DNA of 64,000 nucleotides from Camelus dromedarius (lineage: Eukaryota), in contig NC_087436.1 of assembly GCF_036321535.1 (NCBI RefSeq), positions 15,066,001-15,130,000 of the forward strand, given 5' to 3'. This document shows, piece by piece, positions 11,660-24,658 of the stretch. The notes below the pieces were generated by a model. That model did no database searches. It was not told the DNA's origin and worked only from the letters and a program-made list of their open reading frames with translations. Every line of letters starts with the position of its first letter. The first letter of the stretch is position 1. A program made the position numbers and the translations under genes.

Positions 11660-11840
11660 GTTACCCTTTGTACACCGTCTTAGTTAATCCTTACAAAACT
11701 TTGCAAGCTACATATCACGTCCTTCATTTTCTAGGTGAGGAAAAGGAGGCTCCTACAGATCAGATCACAAAGCTAGTAAGTGGCAAAGCCAGGATTCAGC
11801 CCAGGTTATCTGAATGCCAATCCCTCTTCTTAACCATTAA
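11660..11840 (-). mobile_element. MIR SINE
   Basis: ttaatccttacaaaac...ggtgaggaaaaggaggctc...atcacaaagctagtaagtggcaaagccaggattcagcccagg...ttcttaacca. Confidence 0.75.
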
Positions 11841-12020
11841 GATCTCCTCCCTGCCTCACTGACTATCACAGTTGTACATCGGCCAACACCTGGCATCACA
11901 GAATAGCTGTCCTCCAGACTCTCACCAAGGATTAAAATCGTGGCTCTGTGTTGTTCACCCTTTACACAAACCCCCGGCTGGGAGGGTGCTATTTGTGTAG
12001 GAGGTACTCGCACTTTACTG

Positions 12021-12235
12021 AGAGGCAGTACAGTATGGTGGTCATACATTTAGCCTCTGGAACCGGGCTGCGTGACCTTAGCCAAGTTCCTTAATTCTTA
12101 GGATTCAGTTTCCATTTCTGTAAAATGGGGATAATGATAATGATGATACCAATTTCACTGAGTTCTTGCGAAGGTAATATAAATGAATGCATATGGAGTG
12201 CTAAAAAGAGTGGGGAGCACTCAGCAAACTTACAT
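12021..12235 (+). mobile_element. MIR SINE
   Basis: gctgcgtgaccttagccaagttccttaa...cagtttccatttctgtaaaatggggataatgata. Confidence 0.85.
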
Positions 12236-12329
12236 ATGTGACGTTTCTTATGATTATCATGAGTTTCTATAGCTCCATGATTTTTACATCTTTTTGGTCA
12301 TAGATTCCTTGATGACTGTTAAGTAACTC

Positions 12330-12765
12330 TCATCAGTTAGGATGCTTTCTGATATAAGAAACAAAACCGTAACTCAAACGACCTTCAACGAGAAGGAAGC
12401 ATCTGAAAATAGCTGAAATCTAGACGTGAGCAGATTCCAGGCAGTGCACTCATCAGTGGATGATGTCATCAACAGCCCTGCTCTCTCTGTTACTCTGTTC
12501 TGTCATCTCAGCATCAGGCTCTTCCTAACACAGGCTTGTGGGGGCAGATAACTTCCAGTGGCACCCGGAGCTTGCAGGCTTCCTGTTCAGATCTGGAAAG
12601 AGAGAAGGATGAAATAAGCTCTTCCTTGTTATGACTGGGCCAACTCAGGTCTCACACCTTGCCCACTCTCCGTGGGGGGCCACTTGCTCTCCGAAGCCCC
12701 TCTTGGAGCTGAAGGTGGAGTGGTTGCCTACAGGAAATCAGTGCTCTCAGAAAGACAAGATTAAC
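12330..12765 (-). mobile_element. Degenerate MLT1 (K/L-like) LTR
   Basis: tcagttaggatgctttc...aagaaacaaaaccgtaactcaaac...gatgatgtcatca...ggaaatcagtgct. Confidence 0.55.
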
Positions 12766-12883
12766 AGCAACAACTGCAAACCTCTATGCGCCAAAATGCA
12801 ACACACCAATTTGGCAGGTAAGTTCGAAAGTTTCAGTCTCCGGAGTAAGACCCTTGTGGTAGATAATCTAAATGAAATGTTAT

Positions 12884-13202
12884 CCACACAAAATCTATGG
12901 GATGCAGCAAAAGCAGTCCTAAGATGGAAGTTCATAGCGATACAGGCCTTTCTCAAAAAACAAGAACAATCTCAAGTAAACAACTTAACCTAACACCTAA
13001 AAGAATTAGAAAAAGAAGAGCAAACAAAACCTAAAGTCAGCGGAAAGAAGGAAATAATAAAGATCAGGGAGGAAACAAATAAAATAGAGATAAAAAAAAT
13101 AGAAAAAACTCAATCAAACCAAGAGCTGATTTTTTGAAAGAGTAAACAAAATTGACAAACCTCTGGCCAGGTTCACCAAGAAGACAAGAGAGAGAACACA
13201 AA
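12884..13202 (+). mobile_element. Internal L1 ORF2 fragment (end of endonuclease domain / linker) with no 3' UTR or poly(A) tail
   Basis: Translates [50 protein letters not shown], the L1 ORF2p motif. Flanked by a perfect direct repeat taaatgaaatgttat (12869-12883 / 13203-13217). Confidence 0.92.
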
Positions 13203-13639
13203 TAAATGAAATGTTATGCATGGGTGAAACGAGGCTTCTGGGAAGCTATATATATGAAATGTGTTGTTTTGCTCCCTCTTAGAACCAGTTACTGAATTGC
13301 ATGCCAGCACTATGCTATGGGTCTCTTCACACCATTCATAATAATGTTAGGGAAAACATGTACTTCTCCTGAACAACTCATTTGATTTTAGTTCATGAAC
13401 AATGTGAAACACAAATTTAACCATGTGTCTCTCTCTCCTTACACCTCTAGGCACCTTAAGTTTTTGCTTAATTCGACAAAAAAGTAGAATTAACTGCTAC
13501 GTGCTAACCCTATACTTTGTTTCGTTGTTTTCCTATCCATAATTTCCCTTCTGCCTAACTCAATTTTTGTATTGTATATAAATGTTTATCTACCCAATTT
13601 CTTTATGGAAGAAACAAGGTAATAAATAAATGCATTAAA

Positions 13640-16250
13640 ATAGCCCAAAATATGGGGAAAAATGTATACTCAAGGTCAACTCCAGCATTATTAATAAATA
13701 ATTTTAAAATGTGAAGAAATATAAGGGTTCAGTTAAGGGAATAATTGAATAAATTATAGCACATTCATAAAATTAAACATACTGCAATTAAAATTATGTT
13801 TACAAAGAATGTGATAAAATGAAAAAAGTCTTTGCTTTTAATATTAGCTTTAAAAAAACAGCAAGCAGAATTGAGTATGGGTATACATTTCTGACAAAAG
13901 AGTAAGCTGAACCTCTTTTCACTACCAAAAAAATGGAAATGCTAAATTAAATCTTAAAAATGAATTTAAATACATAGCTGAGAAATTAAAAGGAAAGGAA
14001 AAGAGAAAAGTAGTGAAGGAGAGAGGAAGGAAAGGACAAATGGAACAGGTGACATAAGTAAAACAGAAATTGAAAGCCAGAAGTGTGATTGCTTGAAATT
14101 ATACCAGGGAAGTTCAAGAGAATACCAGATCCAGATACACATCCTGACAGCTAAGAGCTACGACCTCTATACCCATGTTGGGACAGAAGATAAGAGCACT
14201 GAGAATATAAGGTCAGGGGGTTAGAACTGAAATCTCTCCATGAAACCAGAATCTCCCTCCTTGAATGGTGGGAATTGAACCCACTGGTCCAGAAAAGCAC
14301 CAATGAAACTTGTTTCTTCCCATGGTGGGTAGTGGGGAGCATCCAAGAACTTCCTGAGGCTCTTACACACAGAGATGTAATGTCCAAATGTATTTTAGTC
14401 ATAGGGTAGTAATCCCAAACTGAAAAACTAATGAAAAATTAGTCTCAGATTGGTGAAACTTGGGAAAAATATCACATATAAAATTCAGTCTATAAGGACA
14501 CTGTCACAGATTACCACAATAACAAACAAAAACCAGTGAAGATGTGTACACAATCAAAGAAGTCAAAGAAGATGCAATAAATAGAAAAATTCATACCCCA
14601 ATTTGAAAAAAAAATAGAACAATGTTAAAGAAATTATAAGGTAAATGTTTTAAATTATCAGATAAAGAATATCTACACACTAAAAGAATTAGATACTCTA
14701 ATATCAAAAATATAGTCATTGAAAGTTAGAACCCAAAAAAGGAGATTAGAATCAGCTAAAGAAAGAATTAGTAAACTGGAAAACAGATATAAGGAAGTTA
14801 CTTAGAATGAAGCACAAAAAATAAAGAGATGAAGATGAATGCAGAAATTTTAAGAATTTAAAGGATTGGAAAGACATATCTAAAAAGGAACAACAAATAG
14901 ACTGATATCTCATCAGCAAAAGTGGAAACCAAATACAGTAAAATGATATCTTCAAAGTATTCAGGAAATATAATTGTCAACAGGAATCATATATCTAGAG
15001 AAACTATTACTCAGAGAGAGGGCAAAACAAAGCAAAATAGATGAAGAGAGTTTATCCCTCACAGGCCTTTGGTGAAAGACTCCTGAAGGACATTATTTAT
15101 TTAAAAATAAACTGAACTTAGAAAATAGAGTGAAACATACAAAACATTTTGACCAAATAAATTGGTAAATTCCAGGGAAAATCTAAATAAGCATCATCTG
15201 CAGAAACTTTAGAAAAACAAAAATATTATATGTAATAAAAATGACTAATTTTAGGAAGTTTAAAAACAAAACCAACCCAAAATATTAAATGACATGGATG
15301 ACAGATGACAGTCCCCAAAGTTAAAGCACCCAACAGTCTTTCTATTGTTCTGAGGAGAATAGACATATTGATCTAATGTTAACTTTCTTAAATCAAGTCT
15401 ACAGGCTAAACGTTCAAGAATAACCCTGACAAAATAGAAATAGTACTTTTACTTCTAACTACAGAAATATTCAAAATAAATACAGGCCTATTTACTCATT
15501 AAATAAGACAGAGATTATCAGATTTTTTTTAATATGCTTTATCTTCCTAGTAAATGTTTTCCAAAACTATGTAACGTTTATCTTTATCTCTACAAAATTT
15601 TTTGCTTTAAAACGTGCTTGTCTTTCATAAATATAAATCCCATTATCTTAGGTCAACAATTCTTGATATTTAGCATATTCCCTAATGGCCTTTAGAAATT
15701 ATATAAACATATGTTAGTTTTTTACACAAAGGCTTTGATTTAGAAAAATGTCCATTGTAATATGTGAACAACATTCATGTCTGTTACCTTTTGATTTCTA
15801 GGGAGGCCCTCTCCAATAATATGACAAGCATTTATCCTCCTGGACATGAGCACCATGTTTCAAAAGCAGAATATTCTTAGTAGGTTTTTGGTAGATGCTT
15901 TTCATCAAAGAAGGTATTTTCCATTTGTAGTTTGTGAATAGTTCTATTATGAGTGACACTTTAATTTTATACTTTTAAAGCATTACAGCTTTACATGACA
16001 CCTTGTGCTTCATCCCAGCTTCTACTCAGCATTGTTCTACAAGAGGTCTTTTCCAACAGCGATAAGAAAAAGGAAATCAGAGATAAATGGATTAAAAAGG
16101 AAGAAACAACATTATCATTATTCACAGATAATACATTTTTATGATATAGAAAATACAAGAAAGTCCATGAACTATTAGAATTAGTAGAGATTTCAGTAAA
16201 TATGCTAAATACAACCACCACACAACCAGCACAAAGTAGTGCTATCATCC
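13640..16250 (+). mobile_element. Cluster of ancient, degenerate L1M fragments (3' end, 5'/ORF1-like, ORF2 RT)
   Basis: A-rich ORF1-like motifs (gaaagaattagtaaactggaa; atgatatcttcaaagtatt). RT-region remnant at ~16020-16200 (agcattgttcta...attatcattattcacagataat, degenerate LSLFADD). Some antisense pieces are interspersed. Confidence 0.6.
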
Positions 16251-18229
16251 TTAATACTGGCCATGGCTGGAGGGATAAATCCATGTCACGTTGTTAGAAC
16301 AGGCCTGGAAATCCAAAGGCAGTACATGTGACATTTACTATCATTTACAAACTCCATGGACATCCTCTTAAACCAAACCATTTCTCAAAAAATTTAACAT
16401 ATATGTATATAATTTATAAAGGCCATTAAAGAACATCTCAAAATGTCAAGACTGACTGAATCTAAGGAGTAGAACTTTTTTGGATGGCTTTTAATTTTCA
16501 TCTCTATAATTATAATTATATTGATTAAATTTCTATACTAAGCAATATTATTTTATAATTGGTGGGGATTTTTTTTAATGAAAAGAAAGGCAATGGATCC
16601 AAAGCCATGCAGCATGTATATCTTACCCTACTATCTCCCCAAGGAGGCATTCTAACTTAAATCCAAACTGCTTTCTGCCTCATTAGTTCCATCTTACTTT
16701 AATTCTCATCTAAAAATAAAATGATTTCCCTATTTCTTAGTCATATATGCCTTAATTTCTCCTACTCTGCTTCCTGTAACTACATCATCAAATCATGTGA
16801 CATCCTCTGGCCCTAAAGAGCTTAGATTATAATAATACCTTTACCTAAATATGTAGCATCTCACACATGCACAGTATTTGCTGGATTGTCTGGTGCAGAA
16901 ATAGTGAGCAGGACCTGACTTGAAGACAGCACAGGCAATTGCAGGGGTGGGAAGGTGTCATGTGTCATGGGGTCTAAAATTTCACCCTTAAAACCTTCAG
17001 GTTAAGCATCGGCCACTTTGGGTTCCTTTTTAAAGATTTGTTTCTGCTGAAAGTGACTAGGACATTAAACCCTTCACCTGTTTAAACTCTCCCTCAGACG
17101 TGAAGGGGAATAGAGGCAGACAAAAGGAAAAATACAGTTTCTCAAAACTGGGACTACAGCTACCTGATAGTGAGTTCCCATCTCTTGTGGAAAGGAAGGG
17201 TCTTGAGAAGATCAGAAAGATCAAGAAGAGATTGCCTCACCAAAGCCAACTTGTCTCATGATGTGTTAGTGTGACCTTCTCCTAAGATTATTCTGCCAGA
17301 GTCTGTCCTTAGAAACTATTACAATCCCACTTTTCAGAATTTGGAGGAATCCTCCCAGTCTTACATCCATCTACTTGGCTCCTAAAAGTGGGGGAGAAAA
17401 CCCATCAGGAAGACTCTTTTGCTAGGAGGAAGGTGCGAGATAGGGGAGCTTCCTGCACACCCCTCACCACAGAGCAAGCAGCCCAGGCCAAGGGCAGTGG
17501 GAGGGCCAGCCCAGTGCCCTCTGCACAACCAAAACCCCAAGGGGGCTGAGCTGTGTGGGCAGCAGCGCATCTGTGTGTTCCTAGCTCGAGCCTCTCACGC
17601 AAGCCCCTGCAGCTTGGTCCAATGTGGTTACCTTCCTGACCTGTTCAGGGAGGCAGCTATTTAGGGTTATTTGCTTAGGGAATCCCATCAACAGGCAGAG
17701 AAGATGAAGAAACCCAGAAACCAAGTAAAACCTGGGCATTTTAAGTAATCTGAATTTTTCTTCAGGCCCCACAGGAAGTTTAAAATCATTGGAGATGTCA
17801 TCAGTCATTCAATCATTAAACTGCAACCAAGCATCTCCCCATGTGTAAGGTGCCTGCTGCGCCTCGAGCATTGAGGGTGGATACAGCATCATTCCTGTTC
17901 CCAGGTCTTCAGTGTCTGGAAGGCAGAGATATGAAAATAGGTAAATATCCATGAAACAAAGCAGCAAAAGAGAAGTCTCATGAGAGAGTTCTGAACCTGC
18001 TTTGTAGTCTGCTCCAGGGTGAGGCAGACGAGTTGGAAACCTGGGTCCGAAACTTTCTAGCCGTGCGCCTTCGGGCTACGACGGACCAGCCAGCATTTAT
18101 GGAACATGTTCCTGATGCCAGCCATTGTATAACGTGCTCTAACTTGCATGATCTCATTTAATCTTTAGCATAATATTAATAACTAAGAGGAGGTGTTGTT
18201 GGCTTGTTATAGACTAGGAAAACTGAGGC

Positions 18230-18480
18230 TTAGAAGCAAATTCTGAGATGGAGTTTGGGGTGCAAGGTGTTTATTAGGGATCAGCACCTGTGAAAGGAAG
18301 GGAGGGGCAGGATCGGACAGACCTGATAGATGGCCCACGTTGGGCTGAAGTGGCCGGCATTACACACTCACTCTGTTCGTCACTAGGGGCAGGAAGACCC
18401 GGAAGAGCTGGCAGGTGGGGGCTGTCTGCCAACTGCACTCCCACAGGTGGGCAGCATCTTTGCGTGTCCCCACCAAGTAC
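18230..18480 (-). mobile_element. LTR16-like ERVL LTR fragment, next to MIR pieces
   Basis: agaagcaaattctgagatggagtttggggtgcaaggtgtttattagggatcagcacctgtgaaaggaag. A MIR antisense piece lies at ~18090-18230. Confidence 0.55.
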
Positions 18481-18777
18481 CTACCCTGCCAGACTGTTAT
18501 AAGGACCAGAAATAACATGTGTCAAGTACTCTGCTGAAAGTCATTATTCAATAAGTTGTAGCTTTTATTATTCAACACAGAATCCGGGCAGGAAAAATGT
18601 CGATGTAGATCCTGGAAGATAAGACACAAGGAAAACATCACCCACGTTGACTGGACCTTTAACGCTGGTTCTCCCCTCACCTGTTTGTGGCCAACTGATG
18701 CTGAAGCTGGCCCCAGCTACAAAGCATCTGTCATGCACAGGTAGAGGGATGTGGCTCCAGAGACAGCCACTCAGGGT

Positions 18778-19287
18778 TGTTGACTAAGACATGCACAACC
18801 TGAAAGTTGAGAGTTATGTTTTATTTGGTGGACTTACTGAGGGCTCAAGCCTGGGAGGCAGCCTCTCAGGTCGCTCTAAGCCACTTCTCCAAAGAGGCAG
18901 GCAAGGAGCCAGGATATATAGTTTTGCCACAAAGACCAGGTAGTTGGAAAATCAAAAGATTACAGTTAATTAAAGAAAACCAGATACCCCAAATCAACGA
19001 ATTTAGCACTTTTCTATATATGGGAAGGTGCAAAGGTCTGGGCTTATTGAAATCATTCCTTTGATATGCACCTGGCTCTCTAGGGCCGGTGTCCGGTGCT
19101 TTCCCATCCTGAGTTCCCTCAGGGGCACCGTCGGGGGTAGCAGCAGAGGCCGGGCTGCCTGCTTATCTTCATCCTGAGTTCCCTCCGCTCACTGTCAGGG
19201 CGGGGGCAGGGGGCGATAGCCGCTGATGACTTGATGGCGACAGCATCCTTTGTTTACTAATATGGTTGGCAGTATTTTTCTTTCACT
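18778..19287 (-). mobile_element. ERV1-class solo LTR, cetartiodactyl type
   Basis: Begins tgttgact...gttgagagttatgttttatttgg (AATAAA on minus strand); contains gggcttattgaaatcattcctttgatatgcacct; internal duplication catcctgagttccctc; ends near tttca. Confidence 0.8.
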
Positions 19288-19632
19288 GGAGTATGGGCAG
19301 TTCCAAGAGAGTAATAAAGGCCTGGTTTGTAATGTGCCCTCCTTAAGGGAATTTCAGATGAAAGTTGTTAGTTTGGTGAGCATTTAGTAGAGGTAGCTTG
19401 TAGGATGGTGTTCCTGACAAAGTGCCTCAGGTGGGTGGCAGGCCACTGGTTACTCACCAGCGGGATGGTACACAGTGAGGAGGTGGTTGTAGCAGTTTGG
19501 GGATCTTACAGGAGCCGAGCTCTGCAGAGGCAGTCTGTGGGAAGTCTCGGGCAGGTAGAGAGAAGCAGTGATGAAAGTGTAGTTACTCAGCAAGCCCACG
19601 CCTTCCCATTACTCACAGTCAGATCTCTTCTT

Positions 19633-19809
19633 TTTTTCCTCCCTTATCCAAATAGCTTTATTCTTTTTTTTAATTGAAATATTGTTGATTTGCAACGTTG
19701 TGTTAGTTTCAGGTGTACAGCAAAATGATTCAGAGATATATATATATATATATCCTTTTTTTTCAGATTCTTTTCCATTACAGGTTACAACAAGTTATTG
19801 AATATAGCA
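19633..19809 (-). mobile_element. Short L1 3' end with ~26-bp 3' transduction
   Basis: L1 terminus taattgaaatattgttgatt...ttagtttcaggtgtacagc. Perfect TSD agatctcttctt at 19621-19632 and 19810-19821. Confidence 0.85.
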
Positions 19810-20307
19810 AGATCTCTTCTTAAAATACAAAAGTGACAATTGGGACAATAAGGAACAGGACTTTGGAACATGTGTCCCACATCAGTGATCCAGTCAGTCC
19901 AGAGGAAGCCAGTTACCTGATGTGTATGACATTTGGAGACTATCATTAATCTGCCTATTACGTTTAATTAGGCAAAGATGACAGTTAAGTATTTTCCTGT
20001 TTTTACATTCTTTTGTTCAGTCTGTAAGGCACTTCCTACTTTTCTAAGCATTGTCACACTTTCATTATGTTCATCCAGCTCCTCCCACTCACTGGACCTC
20101 TGCTCCCTGGCAGAGCAACTTTTGAGCCTTTCAGTGCCAAACTCTAGGAACAGATGATCTACACCCTCAGCTGCTACATCTCCTTCCATCACAGTCCTAA
20201 CTCTTCACAATGTGTGTCCTGCCACTGCCATGACAGACATCACCCTCATCACAGGTGCCAACAGGGTCCTTAGAGACAAACCCTCTGTGTTTCAAAATAG
20301 GCACTCT

Positions 20308-20696
20308 TTTTTATGGCTGAGTAGTACTCCACTATATAAATATACCACATCTTCTTTATCCAATCATCTGTCAATGGGCATTTAGGTTGCTTCCATGTCT
20401 TGGCTGTTGTAAATTGTGCTGCTATGAACAATGGGGTGCATGTGTCTTTTCAAATTAGCATTTTCTCCAGTTATATGCCCAGGAGTGAGACTGCTGGGTC
20501 ATAGGGTACAAACTATTATATATAAAATACATAAACAACAAGGTCCTACTGTATAACACAGAAGACTATATTCAATATCTTCTAATAACCTATAATGAAA
20601 AAGAATATATGTATACATGTATAACTGAATCATTATGCTGTACACCAGAAATTAACACCACATTATGAATCAACAATACTTCAATTAAAAAAAACC
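20308..20696 (+). mobile_element. 5'-inverted truncated L1 (antisense ~20308-20507, sense ~20508-20696)
   Basis: Antisense ORF2 C-terminus (tatggctgagtagtactcc...atatgcccaggagtgagactgctgggtcata) followed by sense 3'UTR and A tail. TSD aaa(t/c)aggc(a/c)ctct at 20295-20307 and 20697-20709. Confidence 0.88.
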
Positions 20697-23237
20697 AAAC
20701 AGGCCCTCTACCACACCAGTCATCTCATGACTATTCCCCTTGTAAAACTTCTGTCTGATTTTCTTACAGCACTAAGAACAGCAAATAAATTTTGAACTGA
20801 GTGCCCACTCTTACCAACTGGTAACAGCTGCCTGGAGTGTTGCCTGGGGAAGAAAATTCAAGTTCCATCTTGAATGTGGCGATGGGCTCACGTGCTTGTC
20901 ACAGGCACAGAAAGGAGCAGGGTGCTGTGGATGGCATGTGTTCCCCTTCCGGTACCACATAGCTTGTCTCCCCACATTTCTTTTTGGTCTCTCCTTCTCT
21001 TTCACTACGTAGGGACCTGCTGACTTCCTCTTGACCCCTAGTCAGTGGGTCCCTCTCCATTGCAGGGGTGATAAAGTCATGGAGAGAATGACTCTCAGTG
21101 AGACAACATGTAGAATATCCCTGAAATATGTTGGATTTGAAATCAATAGCAATGATTATGATCACCTCGATTTGTTTTTTGTTTTGTTTTATTTTTTTTC
21201 ACTCTTTTCAGAGATATACTCCATCAAACATCACGTGTTCTTTCTTTATACTCCTGGGCTACTACGCTGACCGACACATCCACTGTCCCAGCCCTGCCTT
21301 CTCATCTACACTTTAGAGAAGACAAGTAGAGAGTGGGAAGAAGAAAGCCCTGCAAGGGGTCGGCAAAACTAAACAGCTAGGGAAGGTGACATGATTTTCC
21401 TCCCTGGGAGTCTGTTCATTTGTTTGTTTTCAACAAAATCAAAAAGCTTCAGAGGGAAAGGAGATGTTGACAATGATGTTGAGTCTTTGTACCTCTGGCA
21501 GAGATGGGATCCCTCCCACGAAAGACCCTGACCCCATGCGTCTGCTCCTGCTCACCTGCCATCCCACCTCCTCCCTCATCTCTTGCCTTCTTCTCACCTG
21601 CTGAGAGCCTCCTTTGAGTGCCTCTCCAGGGGTGGCAAAGCCTGGGCAGGAGAAGAAACAGACCCACAAAAGTACTAGTAGACTGAAACGGAGCGAGGAA
21701 GGGAAATAAGAGGAGGGAAGAGGCAGCCGACAGCGGAGCTCTCCTCCAGAGCCCAGACAGCCTTCCCTGGCCTGGGGACGCCCAGGCGCCATCTCGGCCA
21801 ACCCCTGATAGAAGGATGTCCGCCCTCAGTATCTGCTCTTCCATCCCAAGCTTGAATTTTCCTTTTTCAAGGATATCTGCAATCCCACCCGCTCTCTGCC
21901 CTCTACACAGGGGGCCTCAGGAAGCTTTATGTTGGTCACAGATGGGGCTGTGGCCTTGGTCAGCCAGGACTCCCCAGCAGAAGTGCCTCAGATACAAGGC
22001 TCCTTACGCCCCCTACCTGACCCAGGAGGGGGTTCTCTCCCTTCACTCCCCTCCGGAGTCTCAGATTCTAGCAAAAGAAAAAGAGACCCTCCTCACAGAA
22101 AGGTTCCCAACTGCTGGTGTAGAGCTGGCTTTTTTACACTCGGAGAACAATTCAACCCTTATATGGTGACCTGTGGGCGCTGCTCTCTGGGCCTGAGAGG
22201 GGAAACTGGGGAATGACCCTCTCGCTTGGCTGGCCTCTTGGGGACAGTCACAGGGGGTAATGGCTTAGCCCTCGGGCTCCCGCTCACAAGCAGAGGGCCG
22301 CAGCCTCTGTGAGGCCTGGGCCTGAGCCTGGATTCTGCAGCGCCCCAAGTCAAAAGCTCTCAGCCCTCACTCCCCACCCAAGGAAAAACTCTCCTGACCA
22401 TAAATACATGAGATGCCTTGCTGATTAAACTGCATTGCAAAGAAATCCATCATCCACCCGGAGCACGGCTGTCCTCTGGGGCCTCCCTCGCACAAGGATA
22501 TTTCAGCTTTTTAATGAATAAAAGATATGCCGATTGCCTGAAATTGAAAAGTGCATTGGAAAGGAATAATTCCCAGGAAGGATCCTGAAACTGATGTTTT
22601 TTTGGAGGATGGAGCTTTGCAGAGCCCTGCTGGGGGGATTTCTGTCTCTGTCCCTGAGCAATGATCCTCCCGACTTCCTTCCTGGCGCCCGAGATGCTCC
22701 CTGCCTGCCTTACACGGCAGTCCACCCGGAAGGGAGCCAGGCCCTGTGCAGTACGTGCTAATGAAGTTTCCATGTCCACAGCAGAAGAGAGGCTGAAACA
22801 CAGTGAACTGTGTCCCTTCCTCCCTGCCGGATTCTTCTTGCCCCATGGCCAGCCCTCTCTCCCCAAATCTCCAGCTTAAGTGGAAAATGTAACAAGTAGC
22901 TCTTAAGACAAGCCAGCCCTGAAAGCAGAGACCCAGACTCTTAATTACCAAGTTCAGAAGACACTGCTCCCAGCCAGAGGCAATAGCAATTTTCCCAGAA
23001 GTGTAAAGAGACAACTGAGGCTGGGTCTTCCCATCTTTCCCCTGGACAAGCTAGAAACAAGGGCTGGGAAAACTTGAGTTTTAGGGAAGAGATTTGAGTT
23101 TTGGGGAAAAAAAAGACAGTAAAGAAAGCAGGGTGACACTTTTGTCCCCCACCGCCATCTCTTCCCATTCTGCCCACGGGCAGGAAAAGTAGGGAAGGAA
23201 TTAGGAGAATCCTGCCCCCACAAGTCTGGAGGATCAG

Positions 23238-24658
23238 GAAGACCAGCTATATAATTTGTGAGGCTTAGGGCAAAACGAAAACGTAGGCTCCTTATTTGAA
23301 AAGGACAGGGGGAAAAATAGCTTTTACTTTTCTTCTGCTGCCTCTCTCTCAGCTTGTCATGGCATTATTTATTTGATATTTACTGTTCTAAGTAAAGAGA
23401 AATTACAATTTTAAATTCTTTTCCTGAATTTTACCATGCTGCTTGATCTTGTGTAATACCGGGTTTTAATGCAAATTTAAAGCACTTGTATGCGGAATCA
23501 TCGAAATGACACAATTTGGATATCATAGCTTGCACATGCGTGTGTATCTCACTCTTTCCAGAGCAGCAGAAACACTGCACCAAACTAACTCAACTGGTTT
23601 TATTTCTCTTCTTGATAAGCACCCTCTCCCAACCCCCTCTACCTTTGGCTTCTGATGGGTGAGGAAGGATCGAAGGCAGGTGAAACCATGGGCTGTTCTC
23701 TTCCCCTCTCCTTCTATGTCCTCATTTTCAACCAAGTGGTGGGTCAACACAGGGAAGTAACATGAGCAAGAAAGAATGCGATGGTCTTCCTTGGTCATCT
23801 TTGATTTTAGAAGGCCATTGCCGTCTTTCTACCTGCAATGTCAAGGTCTGGTTCCAGTGGAACACGTGGCTTCTCAGGGATGCCAGAGCCCCCACTTAAT
23901 CACAGAGGCAGCACGCTTACCTTGTGCCTGCTTGAGTCTCGCTTGTGAAAGGAAGATCAAAATGGAGTCAGTCTTGCTAAGAGAGCTCTCTAAAACAGAC
24001 CCGGGAGGCCATTGAGGAAATGGGACTTAGGCACCTCACAGGCCAGTTGGAATCTGACCTTTTGACCACTTATTGTCCTAACCAGGACATCCAGAACATC
24101 TGCCAGGATACTTACCCTAAAATAATTGGTGAAACTCCATGTACTTATCAGGTCCCCACCTTACAACAACTCGTGATTCCTTAAAGACAGATATTCCCTG
24201 ACTTGTGTCAGAGTCAATCAGTTCTCACCAGGCAACTTTAACATTGTGGGTTTTTGTCTTTTTAAGCCCCTGACTTGTTGTCTTCCCTGGAACACTCTCA
24301 GTTTTACCCAAATCCATGTCTCTCAAACTGCAATTTTTTAAGACTCCAAATGAAGCTCTTTGTTCTTAACAGACTTGATGTTGACAATGGTTCCACTCTC
24401 AGCTCCCGCTCATCCTGATCCATCCACCTGAACATTGTGCTCACCGGGGATGGTGAACAATGTCTGCGAACAGGGCAGGAAGAAATCGCATCTCCCCTCT
24501 GCACATGGGCACACATTACTTTACTGACAAAACACAGGTTGAAGATCAAACGATTAAGAATTTCAAGACAGTGATAGCAGTGCATTAGACCAAGTATGGG
24601 CCCTCCTGAGCATGGAGCCCTTGGGACTGCTGGGGTCGCACACCCATGAGGCCAGCTG
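23238..24658 (-). mobile_element. Long MER45-family (MER45R-like) hAT-Tip100 DNA transposon
   Basis: Both MER45 termini are recognisable ~1.4 kb apart: gaccagctatataatttgtgaggcttagggcaaaacgaaaa and ttaagaatttcaagacag...gtcgcacacccatgaggccagc. Confidence 0.75.

Noticed and set aside
12812..12825. Strong splice donor GCAG/GTAAGT
   Set aside because: No convincing paired acceptor or coding frame; isolated consensus donors are common by chance.
12631..12993. 120-aa ORF as a host gene
   Set aside because: It is a chance fusion of LTR/unique sequence with the L1 ORF2 fragment and ends at an in-frame stop within the L1.
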